A stretch of DNA of 64,000 bases from Iphione sp. A-MEVVRFRX5 (Eukaryota). The notes beneath the pieces were generated by a model. It made no database searches and was not told where the DNA came from. It worked only from the letters and a program-made list of their open reading frames with translations. Position numbers and translations under genes: made by a program. Positions 52,301-64,000 of the stretch are shown one piece after another; positions within the stretch are counted from its first letter, which is position 1, and each line of letters begins with the position of its first letter. Location: positions 12,214,001 through 12,278,000 of the forward strand of contig OZ320322.1 in the NCBI GenBank assembly GCA_976226885.1. The letters run 5' to 3'.

Positions 52301-53623
52301 GGCAAGCTTTCCTCTCGCCTTTTATCCGACGTTTGCCAGGTATTAAGCAGTTTCACCATTTTGAGTTCTCCAACCAGAACCCTGGGGTTATCTCTTACCG
52401 TGAGTATGCAGACAGCCAGCCAAACACTTTCAAGATGTTAAGTGTTGACCCCCAAGCAGTCCCCAGGGGCCCTCCTCCACCTGTTTCCTCCCCCGGTTTG
52501 TCTACCAAGAGACAGTGGTATCTGTTCAAGAACATCAGGGACTTCTGCACAGAGGAGACCAAAGACATTATGTGCCCGAAGCCCTCTGTTCCTGAGCCCA
52601 CGGTGACAGAAGCAGAGTCAGACACAGAGCCAGGACCAGCTCCAGGCCCAGCTCCAGGCCCAGCTCCAGGCCCAGCTCCAGGACCTGGTGAGGAACGCCC
52701 CGCACGAGGCAGAGGCAGGGGCAGAGGCAGGGGCAGAGGCAGAGGCAGAGGCAGAGGTAGGGGCCGTGGGCGTGCCCAGACCCCTGACACTTCAGAGGAG
52801 GAGGAGGAGGAGGAGATGTTCAGGCAAATGGAGAGGTCCAGCTTAGACCAGGACTCTGACTTTGAACCTGAGCCACAAGCAAAGCCAAAACGTAAGCGTG
52901 GTAAAGGAGGTCGTGGTCGACCAAAAAAGACCAGATGAACTTGTTCTACTTGTTCTACTGCTGATGTTTGAATAATTATGTGCAATCGAAAACCACAAGT
53001 GGTTTCACTAATAAGTTTTACCAAGACTTTTTTCAAGACAGTTCATTATTTATTTTTATTTTTATTAATACCTCCAAGACAATGGTTTCAATCAATCCAA
53101 GACAATCTTAAGACAATCATGAACACTTATGCAGACTATTTTACAAGACCAGGATCAACCTACAGCCCCTTTTTTATTTTCTAGATGGAGGTACTGTGAT
53201 ACTTTTTGCTTGCCTTACTAGGTTAAGTTTTCCATTCCAGAGCGGAATTTTGTCACATTTTCAGAGGCCGGCATGAATAAAATATTATGTCTCAAAATGC
53301 ATGGTTCTTTGGTATTTTGTAGCTTAGATAGTGTAGATAGACTATGTTGAGTTTCAGGAAGATTGAGAAAAAAGAAGAAGCCGTGGCTAGGGTAGACTGC
53401 CATATAGTGCGGTACCAAAACTTCGAACGCAAATATCTCAGTTTCTCTGTTACGGTTTACCGCATCACTACATAACTTCGTCGTTTCACTACATTTTGCC
53501 TAATTCCAGTAGGAAGATGCGCTATACCTCGTTTTAAAGGTCAGAAACTACATTTTTTCATGGAATCTATAACTCAAATTTGATTTTTTCCGACTTCCGA
53601 CTCATTTTGCCAAAACAGGTCAC
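49386..53623 (+). mobile_element. Full-length Sola1-like DDE DNA transposon, 4238 bp
   Basis: Imperfect ~33-bp TIRs: left GTGACCCGTTCCAGCGAAATGAGTCGGAAGTCG, right reverse complement GTGACCTGTTTTGGCAAAATGAGTCGGAAGTCG. ATAT flanks both ends (49382-85 and 53624-27), fitting the AWWT TSD known for Sola1. It encloses a transposase gene. Confidence 0.85.
50002..52938 (+). pseudogene. Spliced Sola1-like transposase; exons 50002-50288, 50603-50700, 50924-~51033, 51175-52938; 1-nt frameshift at ~51813
   Basis: GT-AG junctions join exons 1-3 in frame (..ENFR|CSCKHYNDDNCSKQF..QLSS|GEKDMLL..). Catalytic-type motifs: SFDYAQQVHLP, HCDNCSGQNKN, FLITGHTKFAPDWCFG; also LCWEC. Restoring one base gives QVHLPSSPMQPGPLYFLVPRK. 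The exon 3-4 junction is unresolved (phase mismatch). Confidence 0.85.
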
Positions 53624-55963
53624 ATATATAATCGCCTCGGTTCCTGCGTAATCTGTCCCTGTTAGAGGGGTGTCCTGTGCTCCCGGGTGTCCCTGTGCCG
53701 CGGTTCTAGTGCACTTTATGTATGTGATAAGGTGTAAGCTATATCTGAAATAGTATTATGTGACAGAAGAGGATGTACAGCAGGCATGGAGGGTGAAAGG
53801 TCACTTCCGGAAGGTTATTGCTCTAGGTATGTGAATATGTGGAAGGCCGTGAGGTATTTCATCGACCCCAATGCTGAGCCATCCAATTTACATCACGAAT
53901 CCCGATGCTGAGACGTACACGTCTGCAGTATCTGTTAGCATTGTCTACGTCCGTGTGCATTTCCACATAGCAGACATACTTTTGCCGCTCGGTAATAGAT
54001 TCCAGCTCCCTGTCGCTCGGAGGTTGGCTGTCTTCCAACTGTCTTGGATTGCTGTTGCCGCTAAAACTTCTTGTATAGTTTCTAGGTATTGACAACAACC
54101 CCCCCCCCGTTCAACAAGGGTGTTTGGCGAGGAAATGTTTTTCGCTACGTCAGCATTTAAGGATAAGTTGGACGGTGCTCAAGCCTCACAGAGACGGGTC
54201 AAGTACAAAGGTCGTAGGATAGAGTGGTCCTTCCTTAACTGACGGCTTCATAACTGACAATACTGCTTAACTAACACAATTACCCAGAATCAAATGTGAA
54301 CAAATCAACTGAAAATCTGTACATAACTGAGAATTCCCATAGATCGATCCGAAAATCCTAAGGAACTACAAATATCGGTTATTGAGGGACCACTGTACAA
54401 GAATATGTCACGGGGGATGGTTGTTGCAATGAGGTGGATGCTGGCATAGCCTTCATGATGCCTTTCTCCGGCGGTCGCCTCACCTGGTTCCAACCAAGGG
54501 TGGACCATTCGATAGAGTTCACTACGGTAGAGTCCTTGATTCAAGACATTGAGTACATCTTCAGCATCAACAGCGCACCTTATGAAATAGAAACGGTATG
54601 TGGTACAGAAGAGACTCATCTAAAGACCGCATTGTGGGTGAAACCGAAACCAAGAAAGAAACCAGAAGTGGCCAGTCCAAGACGTAGTCTCTGACACGGG
54701 TCTCAACTGCATCAGATCAGCCTTGTGAAAATTGTTTGGTTTGGTTTCATGTTTAATAAACAGACATCCCTATTCCTTTACCTTATGTAGGTGGAGTGAA
54801 CAGAGGTCAGAGATATTGATTGTTAGCATGGGTGCATGTGTGTATACATTTGTGAAGTTGATGTGCATGATTTGTAAGGCTGTGTGCAATTGTGGGTTAG
54901 TCTCTGTGCGTAAAGTTACTGCATGTTGCTACAGATGCAGATTGTGCATCTGCTTGGATGTGTATTGGTGGGAAGTTGGTGTGTTTTGTAGGAGATGCAG
55001 ATTATAAGAGTGAGAGAGAATGTTTTTTTTGCGTTTGTGCGTGCTGTGGCAGATGCGGATTGTGTGTGTGTGTGTACATTTGCATGTGTGTGAAATTAGT
55101 CAATGTTGTCACCTGTGGATTGTGTATGCCTAGATATGTCATTGGTGCCAGATGCTGTGGGTAATGATGACGAAGTCAGCATGGTGACACTACAGTAGTA
55201 AGGCCTACATAAAAAGGTCTCTCTTTCCAGTAACCAGACCGCCCCTGATTTCTGACCCGCGGGTACATTTTTTATTACAATTGTTCTGCAAATATCTTCA
55301 GAATGGACAATACTGCAGACACACAATTGCACAACTCTGTATCTTAGACCATCAGCTTTCATATGATACAGATTTCATTAATCTCTTAGCAACTGAAGTG
55401 ATGTTTCAGGGATTGTTAAGTACTGTCTAGCATTTTCAATGGAACATTTGTGTTGAACAAAATATAAAGCAACGACCGAGCAATCCTATAGTTTTTTTAA
55501 CATGTTACCGGAAACATTTTGTTTTCAGCACAGTTTCCCTGCACAGGGAAAGCTACCCACTCACTGTTTTAACCCCTGTAGTAGTATGCTCTGAGTCCTT
55601 ATAGCAACCGGATCATTTCTGGTACAGCACATGTAGACCGGTTGACAAGAGAATCTGGTTGTTAAGGGAAATTACAATGATTTGTGACCTAAAGTCACCG
55701 TTTGATTTTCCGCGAAGACGAGGACCTCTGGCTGCTTAAGGGCCGCAGGACAAGGGATGTCTGCAACACTTAGTACCATACTTACCAGGTAAGATGGAGT
55801 TATACATGTGCAGTGCCCCCATAACCTACAACCTAATAGCTAACACTACTGCTTAATTTACTGGTGTTTGGGGAAGAGTGTAGTTTGGAGTCTATTAAAG
55901 TGAGAAATCTCACATACCTGACTACTTTCAGAGGAGTCAAAAATGTTGATTTACGAGGGACCA

Positions 55964-56150
55964 CTCTCTCTCCCTCTCTCTCTCCTCTCCCCCTCTCTCT
56001 CTCCCTCCCTCTCTCTCCCTCCCTCTCTCTCCCCCTCTTTCTCTTTCTCCCTCTCACCCTCTCTCTCTACCTCTCTCTTTATCTCTTTCTCGCTCCCTTG
56101 CTCTTGCTCCCTTGCTTTCTCCGATTCCCTCGCCTTCGTTCTTACTCTCA
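55964..56150. repeat. Pyrimidine-rich (CT) tract
   Basis: Direct reading. Confidence 0.9.
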
Positions 56151-57849
56151 CTATGTCTCTATATATAGAATGCATACAAAATATATGCAACAAAAGAAAA
56201 TATCCTTCCCATTGATTTTTACACGACGCTTTTGTCGTTTGGAGTACTAAGCACTTCCCATTTAGGAATCATTTCTTTCAACGATGATAGTACATGTATA
56301 TTCATGTTGGGACAGATGCTCTAAAAATAAACGACCTTGCTTTTCATTTCAGGCTCACTTACGTCATCATATCCTGACTGGAAGAAAATCCCGAGGATAA
56401 AACACGACATGACATGAAAAATGTTTTATGGAGACTTTAACAAAAGGAACCACACATACACAAAAAAGACTTCCTTCAACTGTTTGTCTTTGATCTTGAG
56501 GACTGTCTCACATTCTTTACGAAACGAAATGACATTAACTGCGCTTTGTAAGAATCTCATGTCAGAAAAAAAGATGGTAAGATGACAGTATCGATGATGA
56601 CGACGTTCAGGAAGGGGTGAGAGATTCCTATCAGTTGGCTGGGAGATAATGCGAGGTTGTTTAATTACGGAACAAAAAGGAAGCCACATATCTGCTTTGA
56701 ATAAAGGATGTGATGAGCATCGGGTGGTGGAGGGCAGGGGAATGCGTTCGGTATGTTGTGTGGTTGGTGGACAGAGGAGGGGGGGGGGGTACGGCTTGGA
56801 GATTAGCATTACTGCTGACTCAGCAATGAGCGTTTCTCCCATCCCGTCCTCAAACCAACTCAGACCTCATATACGCCAATGGTGTTACTGTACCGGTGCT
56901 ATGAGAGGGTTGTAGGCAACTCCGACATAAATAAAGACAGCAGACATCAAAACCAGGCAGGATATGAAGCATACCATGGCGGAGTTCAGCTTCTTATGAA
57001 GTGTGCGTGGGGGGGAGGGGGGAGGGGGGCACATCTCAGGGTGTTGAAGCTAATCAACCTATCGGTGGCGTCGCTGTATGAGGAGGGTCCTTCATCAGGG
57101 TAAATATATAAGAATAGTTTGCATAGGAATAATAAGTACATTTTTATCTATTCAAATTAATCTTTTCTGTCATCAAGTGTACTATCCAAGGTGCTTCAAC
57201 GTTCCTTTATGGTATACATGTTCATCTAACATGTCAGACTTTGTCACAATCATCTATAAGCATATGTACGTGTAGCTGAATAAGCTCAGCGTTGAATCAG
57301 TAGTGCGGTTAGTCGCCAAGTAGACAACTAGGACGTTTGGGAATATCCACGTTAGAGAACGACCGCATTCTGTCCGATGCCACTTTACATCCATATTCGT
57401 TATCATATTGCTTAACCCGCTGTGGGTATATCATTCAAACCGTTTTAGTACTACCTGAATTTATCCCTTCGACAAAGAAGAAAAATTACCCAAAAAGGTA
57501 AATAACACCTTGGAAATTCCGATGGAAATACGTTAAGGTATGGAGGAACCCCCCCCCCCCCCCCGCTCCGGGACAGCTGCCTATATCTTCTCATCCTGGG
57601 TGCCCGACGCTTCAGACTAGCGACGTTATCATCTCCTTTATCGCTCTTGTTATCAATCTGTCCCCATGGCAGCACTACCATGTACCGCCCGTGAGCCGAT
57701 CAGTAATTAACATACACATGTAACTATATTCTCCCCGCGGTGAGGGGTCCAAAGGGGGACCCCCATGATAAGGTATGGCATGTGTGCAGGGAGACGTATG
57801 GGCACTCCTTTCAAGGCCGACCCGGTGGACGTTACCTGACGTCGGTGAC

Positions 57850-58000
57850 AGGGGTTTGGGGTGCGCATGCGCTAAGCAGTCTTTCCGGTTAGTCAGCACC
57901 CCCTTCCGTGAACAGACTGGTGCCAGTGGGCCGGAAGTCCGGCTGTCGTAGTCTCTAAATGGCGCACGTGTTTCCGCTTTGAATCGGTCCGGAAGTGCAA
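57850..58000. promoter_or_regulatory. Promoter-like motif cluster
   Basis: NRF1-type TGCGCATGCGC (57862-57872), two ETS-type CCGGAAGT, a YY1-like AAATGGCG and an E-box CACGTG. Confidence 0.45.
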
Positions 58001-58069
58001 TCCCTTTATCCAGTATGGTAACATACTGGTCATACAGCCCGCAATACCTATTTATATGGATTACATTAG

Positions 58070-58320
58070 AGAGGGAGAGAGGGAGAGACAGAGAAAGAAA
58101 GAGAGAGGGACTGAGAGGGAAAGAGGGAGGGATTGATAGGGAGAGAGAGGGAGTAAGAGGGAGGGAGAGAGAGGTGGAGTGAGAGGGAGGGGAGAGAGGG
58201 AGAAAGAAAGAGAGAGAGACTGAGAGAGACAGAGAAAAAGAGGGAGTGAGAGGGAGAGAAAGGGAGGAGGGGAAGGGGGGAGGGAGAGGGACAGGAAAAA
58301 GAGAGAGACACAGAAAGAGT
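58070..58320. repeat. Purine-rich (GA) tract
   Basis: Direct reading. Confidence 0.9.
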
Positions 58321-61300
58321 TTTTACATATATGTTGGTTGTGCGAGTGCACAACTGTCATATATTTTTCTTGCTGGTTTGATATACGCTGACATTACTTG
58401 ATAAATGTCTTTAGATCGGGTAGTGCTTTCAGCCGACGGAGGATCAATCATACCAGCCTCTGCTATTCCTTTTAAAAAAGCGGACGTGGTTAAGTGTGGT
58501 TTTACCCTGCTCCTGGTGGTGGGGTCACACCGTCCCATCTTGTCGTGAATATTTATATTGATAGGAGGTCCTTGCGGCATTGCCTCGCACTGTCTCTGTT
58601 ATTATTTAGTCATATTTAAAGAACCCTCCGGAACTTTAGCAGGTGAAGGAATCCGGACTCTTGTAAATGCATAAGGAAGAGAATGAAAATAACCATCGCG
58701 GGTAGGATGAATGGGCATATACTTGGCTTTGCCAGTCAAAGTTGACACAGTGGCACAAAGACATCTTGTATTGTGTATTGCATGCATTTTGTTTGGGTAT
58801 ATCAATGATCTAATAAAGATGTACACACCAACACAACACAGGAGTCCAGGTTTCGGACGGCTTTATTCAAAATCCCATTTGGTCGGGTATATTAATGAAT
58901 CACGCTTTGGTTGAAGTTGGGAATCGGTCTGTGATGTCCGATGTCATAGTGGGAAGGATATGAGGAACAGAAAAGCAAAACATACGGTCTTATGAATATA
59001 CAGGACTTTTTTTTATTGGTTTGAACCTGAATTTGTAAAACCAAGAAAAGGTCTCGAGTACGAGGGAGTAAATCATTTTAATTATGGATGTTGAACAGTT
59101 GTTAATAGTTTGTTTGTACAGCGAGTACACCAAGCAAAATGCTTCTGATCTGTGTAGAGAAGCAGGACGACAACGTACAAAAAGAATAATCTTTTCCGCC
59201 CGCTAGCATTAGTCACAGGGAAGACTACACTTCCTGGTCGGAATTCAACAATGAGACGGACCGAGATTACACGAGAAAAGAGGTGAACTGGCGGGCATCA
59301 CGTGGGAGGGAGGCGATACGAGAAACTGGCACGCTCTAATGGAAACCGCTCATAATCCGCAGCATGGAGGAAGGGTGGTGAGATGTCGCACTGTGGGATT
59401 ATCTCCCTTCCAGCATTTCCTGCAGGTTTTCCTCTAAGAGTACGCTCTGGTGTTAATCCTGCGATGCTCTGGGTGGTAGTTGACGTGTCTATTGATCGGG
59501 CCCAGAGGTTCCCGGTGACTTCAGGTCACCTCTAAGTGCCTTTCCAGATTGTGTTAGCCAGGATGTTGTCAAAACACCAGTGGACACGCTGGTACACCAA
59601 TCGAGTCAGCGTCGTGTTGACCAAGAGGTCCCATCATATTCCCACACGTTCTCAACGTGTATAAGGAATTCTTACCAGACCGTCACATTGATAATTCTTA
59701 AATGTCATATTGTTCCACTTTCTTGTCCAATCTCAAATATGGCATTTGGAATTTGAAACTGGTTTATTCAGGCATCTCCGTGAACCCCGAGAGAAAGGAC
59801 CCAGAGGTTAGGGTGTCTCCATGGAATCAACACAATTCGTAAAAACCTCATATAATCTAGAACTCGTTTTCCGAAATACCTCATTATCATAAATACATTA
59901 TTTACCGGATCAGTTTTCGTGACAAACGTCAATTTTACAAAATCTAATGCTGATTATTTTTTTTTATAATGTGGATACAATTACCAGGAAAAGAAGAAAC
60001 CTGGCTAATGGGATGTCGGTAGTGGTGGAGGTGATACGGGTGGTGTTGATAGTATTTTCTGGTAAAACAACTCCGTAATTTTTATAGTTATCAGGTGGGA
60101 TGGACTCAACCCTTATTCGCTAATAGCTAACTTGAAATGTCTTCTTTATCTTGAGCAATTTCAGGCATTAAACCATTTTGATATGTGTATTTTCCTGTTT
60201 ACGTTATTTTAGATAATTCTTTTTTCGGGAGGAATTCTTACAAACAGATTAGATTCAGGTTAGTATAAGGTTTCGTTGTTCATTTCAGGTATACTGAAAA
60301 TATGTGTAATGGTCATTCATTAAGAAAGCAATCTGGTAGAAAATGTTACTATGCAGAAATTGAAAGTTAACTTTCCAGCGTTTATATCAAATAACACTTG
60401 TTGACCTTGAGTCCCTCGCAGGAGAGGGAAAAATATACCGTGAGTGGGCCAAACTAAAGGTGACCCTCTAGGTCCGAGAGCAGTGACCAGTAGTGCGACC
60501 TCTGGTGAGAGATTGGAGTTACAGGGCTCCCTCTATGGGGCGGGGGTACAGTACTATAGTGACATGTGAATGATGACTTAAGTTGGTCTGCATTTAAACA
60601 TTCTACACACACATAATCAGGCCTATGCATATTTTAAGTTTGAAAATAAAGGCCTACAGCTATTAATTATGTAGAAATATGATTTTCAGATTGAATTGAA
60701 ACTGATTCAATTAAATAATTAATACTTGTACTGGGCACCATAATAGCAAGTAACAGAAGCTGCTGATGCAAGGAAACATGATTCTACACATGCTTATAAT
60801 CACGCACATAAGGTCATGCCTTATTCAACAGAACCTTTCAGTGTAGATCGTATTGGGTTTTCACATCACCGTGGACATTTAACATTGACAGTCGATGAGT
60901 GCTGCAAAAAACACTAAATTTGCAGCATCAAACTTTCCACATTTTGTTTATTAAACTGTGGCTACTCTGGTCATATGACTTTCTTTTTCATGTTTACGCT
61001 AACCTAAAATGTCGCCATATTGGATTTCAGATTCACCCCGTTTGTAATTCTTGTAATATTATTGCCTTTATTAATCCCTGTTGTGGCTTTAAAATTGGAT
61101 TGGGCTTTTTTTATTTTTAGTGTATTTCAATATGTTTTCAATGCTAAACTTTCAAAGCGAGTCATCGAGGGAATGCCATCTTAGTTATTGCATAAATAAT
61201 AAAGTCTCATCTCACAAGCTGCCTTGTTAATAGACCGATTGCATGACACATGGTTACAAAAGAATAAACAGGTAGAGATAACACAATTTTTATGCTTTGC

Positions 61301-61581
61301 GGTACAAACCAGTGAGCTGTTGGAGGAAGCAGTTCAAAATACCCCATAATGATGCTAGAGACAACGTTTCTCAGTTACGTGTGATTAGTAAACTGGTTTG
61401 CTGACTCAAACACAAGACAAATCATTCCTAGAGGAGTAATCATCGTTCTATACACTCACCAGTGTTAGAACTATGTAGAAGTCATTATGTACCCCGCCCT
61501 CAGACTCTATATTTCATATAATACCGTAGTTCTATAATACTATATATGAAATGAGAGTAGGCCTCTGCATAACCTGCACAC

Positions 61582-63648
61582 ATGAGCTGCTTTATACCTC
61601 AGCTATAGGCTGGATATATGAGCTGTATTATACCTCACCTAAAGCTGCTATATATGAGCTGTAATATACCTCACCTATAGACTATATATATATGTATATG
61701 AGCTGTATTATACCTCACCTAAAGCTGCTATATATGAGCTGTAATATACCTCACCTATAGACTATATATACATGTATATGAGCTGTATTATACCTCATCT
61801 AAAGCTGCTATATATGAGCTGTAATATACCTCACCTATAGACTATATATACATGTATATGAGCTGTATTATACCTCACCTAAAGCTGCTATATATGAGCT
61901 GTAATATACCTCACCTATAGACTATATATACATGTATATGAGCTGTATTATACCTCACCTAAAGCTGCTATATATGAGCTGTAATATACCTCACCTATAG
62001 GCTGGATATATGAGCTGTGTTATACCTCACCTAAAGCTGCTATATATGAGCTGTAATATACCTCACCTATAGACTATATATACATGTATATGAGCTGTAT
62101 TATATCTCACCTAGAGGCTGGATATATGAGCTATATTATACCTCAGCTATAGGCTGGATATATGAGCTGTGTTATACCTCACCTAAAGCTGCTATATATG
62201 AGCTGTAATATACCTCACCTATAGACTATATATACATGTATATGAGCTGTATTATATCTCACCTATAGGCTGGATATATGAGCTATATTATACCTCAGCT
62301 ATAGGCTGGATATATGAGCTGTGTTATACCTCACCTAAAGCTGCTATATATGAGCTGTAATATACCTCAGCTATAGACTCTATATATAAGCTGTACTATA
62401 CCTCACCTATAGGCTTGATATATGAGCTGTGTTATACCTCACCTAAAGCTGCTATATATGAGCTGTAATATACCTCACCTATAGACTATATATACATGTA
62501 TATGAGCTGTATTATATCTCACCTATAGGCTGGATATATGAGCTATATTATACCTCAGCTATAGGCTGGATATATGAGCTGTGTTATACCTCACCTAAAG
62601 CTGCTATATATGAGCTGTAATATACCTCAGCTATAGACTCTATATATAAGCTGTACTATACCTCACCTATAGGCTTGATATATGAGCTGTGTTATACCTC
62701 ACCTATAGGCTGGATTATTAGCAATATTATACCTCTCTTATAGGCTGTATATATATGAACTGTGTTATACCTAACCTATAGACTGTATAAATGAGATGCA
62801 TTACATCCAGCCTACAGACTCTAAATGTGAGATATACTATACCCAGCCAACGACTATACATGTATATGAGCTGTATTATACCTCACCTATAAATTGTAGA
62901 AACAAGATGCATTATGCCAAACCTTAAGACTTTATATATGAGATTTATTATACCCAGCTATAGACTATATATGAACCATATTTTACTTAAATTATAAACT
63001 GTATAAATGAGATGCACTATACCCAGCCTACAGACTTTATCTACAACATGTATTTTATCCAGCCATAGACTATATATGAGTTGCTCTATACCTAACCTAT
63101 AGACTGTATAAATGATATGCATTATACCTAGCCCAGAAACTTTATATATGAGCTGTATCATACGTAGCCTATGGAGTGAAATGCATTATACCCAGCCCAT
63201 AGACTGTGTGTATGAGCAGTATCATACCCACTCCATAGACTTTACATATGAGCTGTTTTATACCCAGCCTTTAGACTTTACATACGAGTTGTATTATAGC
63301 TGGCCTGTAGACTTTACATATGAGCTGTATTATAGCCGGCCTATAGATTTTAGATATGAGCTGTATTATACCCGGACTATAGACTTTACATCCAAGCTGT
63401 ATTTTAGCCAGCCTATAGACTTTACATATGAGATGCATTATAGCCATCCTATAGGCTTAACATATGAGCTGTATTATAGCCAGTCTTTAGACTTTACATA
63501 TGAGCGGCGTTATACCTGGCCTATAGACTTTACACATGAGCTGTATTATACCCGGCCTATAGACTTTACATATGAGCTGTATTATACCCGGCCTATAGAC
63601 TTTACATATGAGCTTTATTATACCTGGCCTATAGACTGGATAGATGAG
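61582..63648. repeat. ~2.07-kb satellite with a 36-bp monomer and nested higher-order repeats
   Basis: Monomer ATGAGCTGTATTATACCTCACCTA(T/A)AG... The 80-, 152- and 260-bp periodicities were counted from anchor positions. Confidence 0.97.
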
Positions 63649-64000
63649 ACAGATGGTGCGAGCCTCGCGTGGCGGTATTTATCAGCTCCGTTTGACCGTC
63701 GGTCGAGCACGGACAAGAGCTGCTCCCGTTTGTCTCCTTCAAGAGATCCGGGTGGCCCTCAAGTGTTGCATTGTTAGCTGAGAGCCGCTTGATCCATGGC
63801 CATCCGGTCAGATTCCATTAGGAAGAAGAGGAGGAGGAGGAACGGGGCGATGGATGTGCCGGTAATCTGTACGCCACAGGCGCTTGTGAGGGGCGTATAG
63901 GTATCGCGGGGAGGGGGAAGCTGTGAGGACACAGACATTAACTGAGGTTTGATGGGCGGGACGTGGTTAAAGCTCTGTGCCTCTGTCTCTATGTGTATGT

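Noticed and set aside
52395-53036. 213-aa minus-strand ORF with (PL)n and (PGAG)n
   Set aside because: Antisense shadow of the transposase's repetitive C-terminus.
55776-55796. ATACTTACC resembling the U1 snRNA 5' end; CTTACC-A-GGTAAG palindrome
   Set aside because: The match to U1 stops after 9 nt and no U1 body follows. At most it is a pair of back-to-back donor-like sites.
63112-63777. 221-aa ORF with 12-aa YELYYTRPIDFT repeats
   Set aside because: It is simply the stop-free frame of the 36-bp satellite monomer; there is no independent sign of coding.

Overview
Repeat-rich eukaryotic (metazoan, probably invertebrate) genomic DNA with a 148-N assembly gap at 14192-14339. No host protein-coding gene could be identified; only isolated candidate exons and promoter-like CpG patches are visible. 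The main recognisable elements are: (1) a decayed CR1/L2-group LINE at <1-~6234 with an unusual layout (ORF1 of coiled coil + RRM fused to a NADAR/YbiA-like domain, then a separate SGNH-esterase ORF, a 1.2-kb AT-rich spacer, and APE-RT ORF2); (2) a 5'-truncated LINE of a different family at ~16045-18329, whose 3' UTR holds 4-6 copies of a hairpin with compensatory base changes; (3) a full-length 4238-bp Sola1-like DNA transposon at 49386-53623 with TIRs, an ATAT TSD and an intron-containing transposase carrying one frameshift; (4) several MITEs, two copies of a tRNA-derived SINE, and many micro/minisatellites, including a 2-kb array with nested higher-order repeats. The best candidate for an undescribed system is the NADAR + esterase LINE. 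All family calls come from motif recognition by eye; no database search was run.
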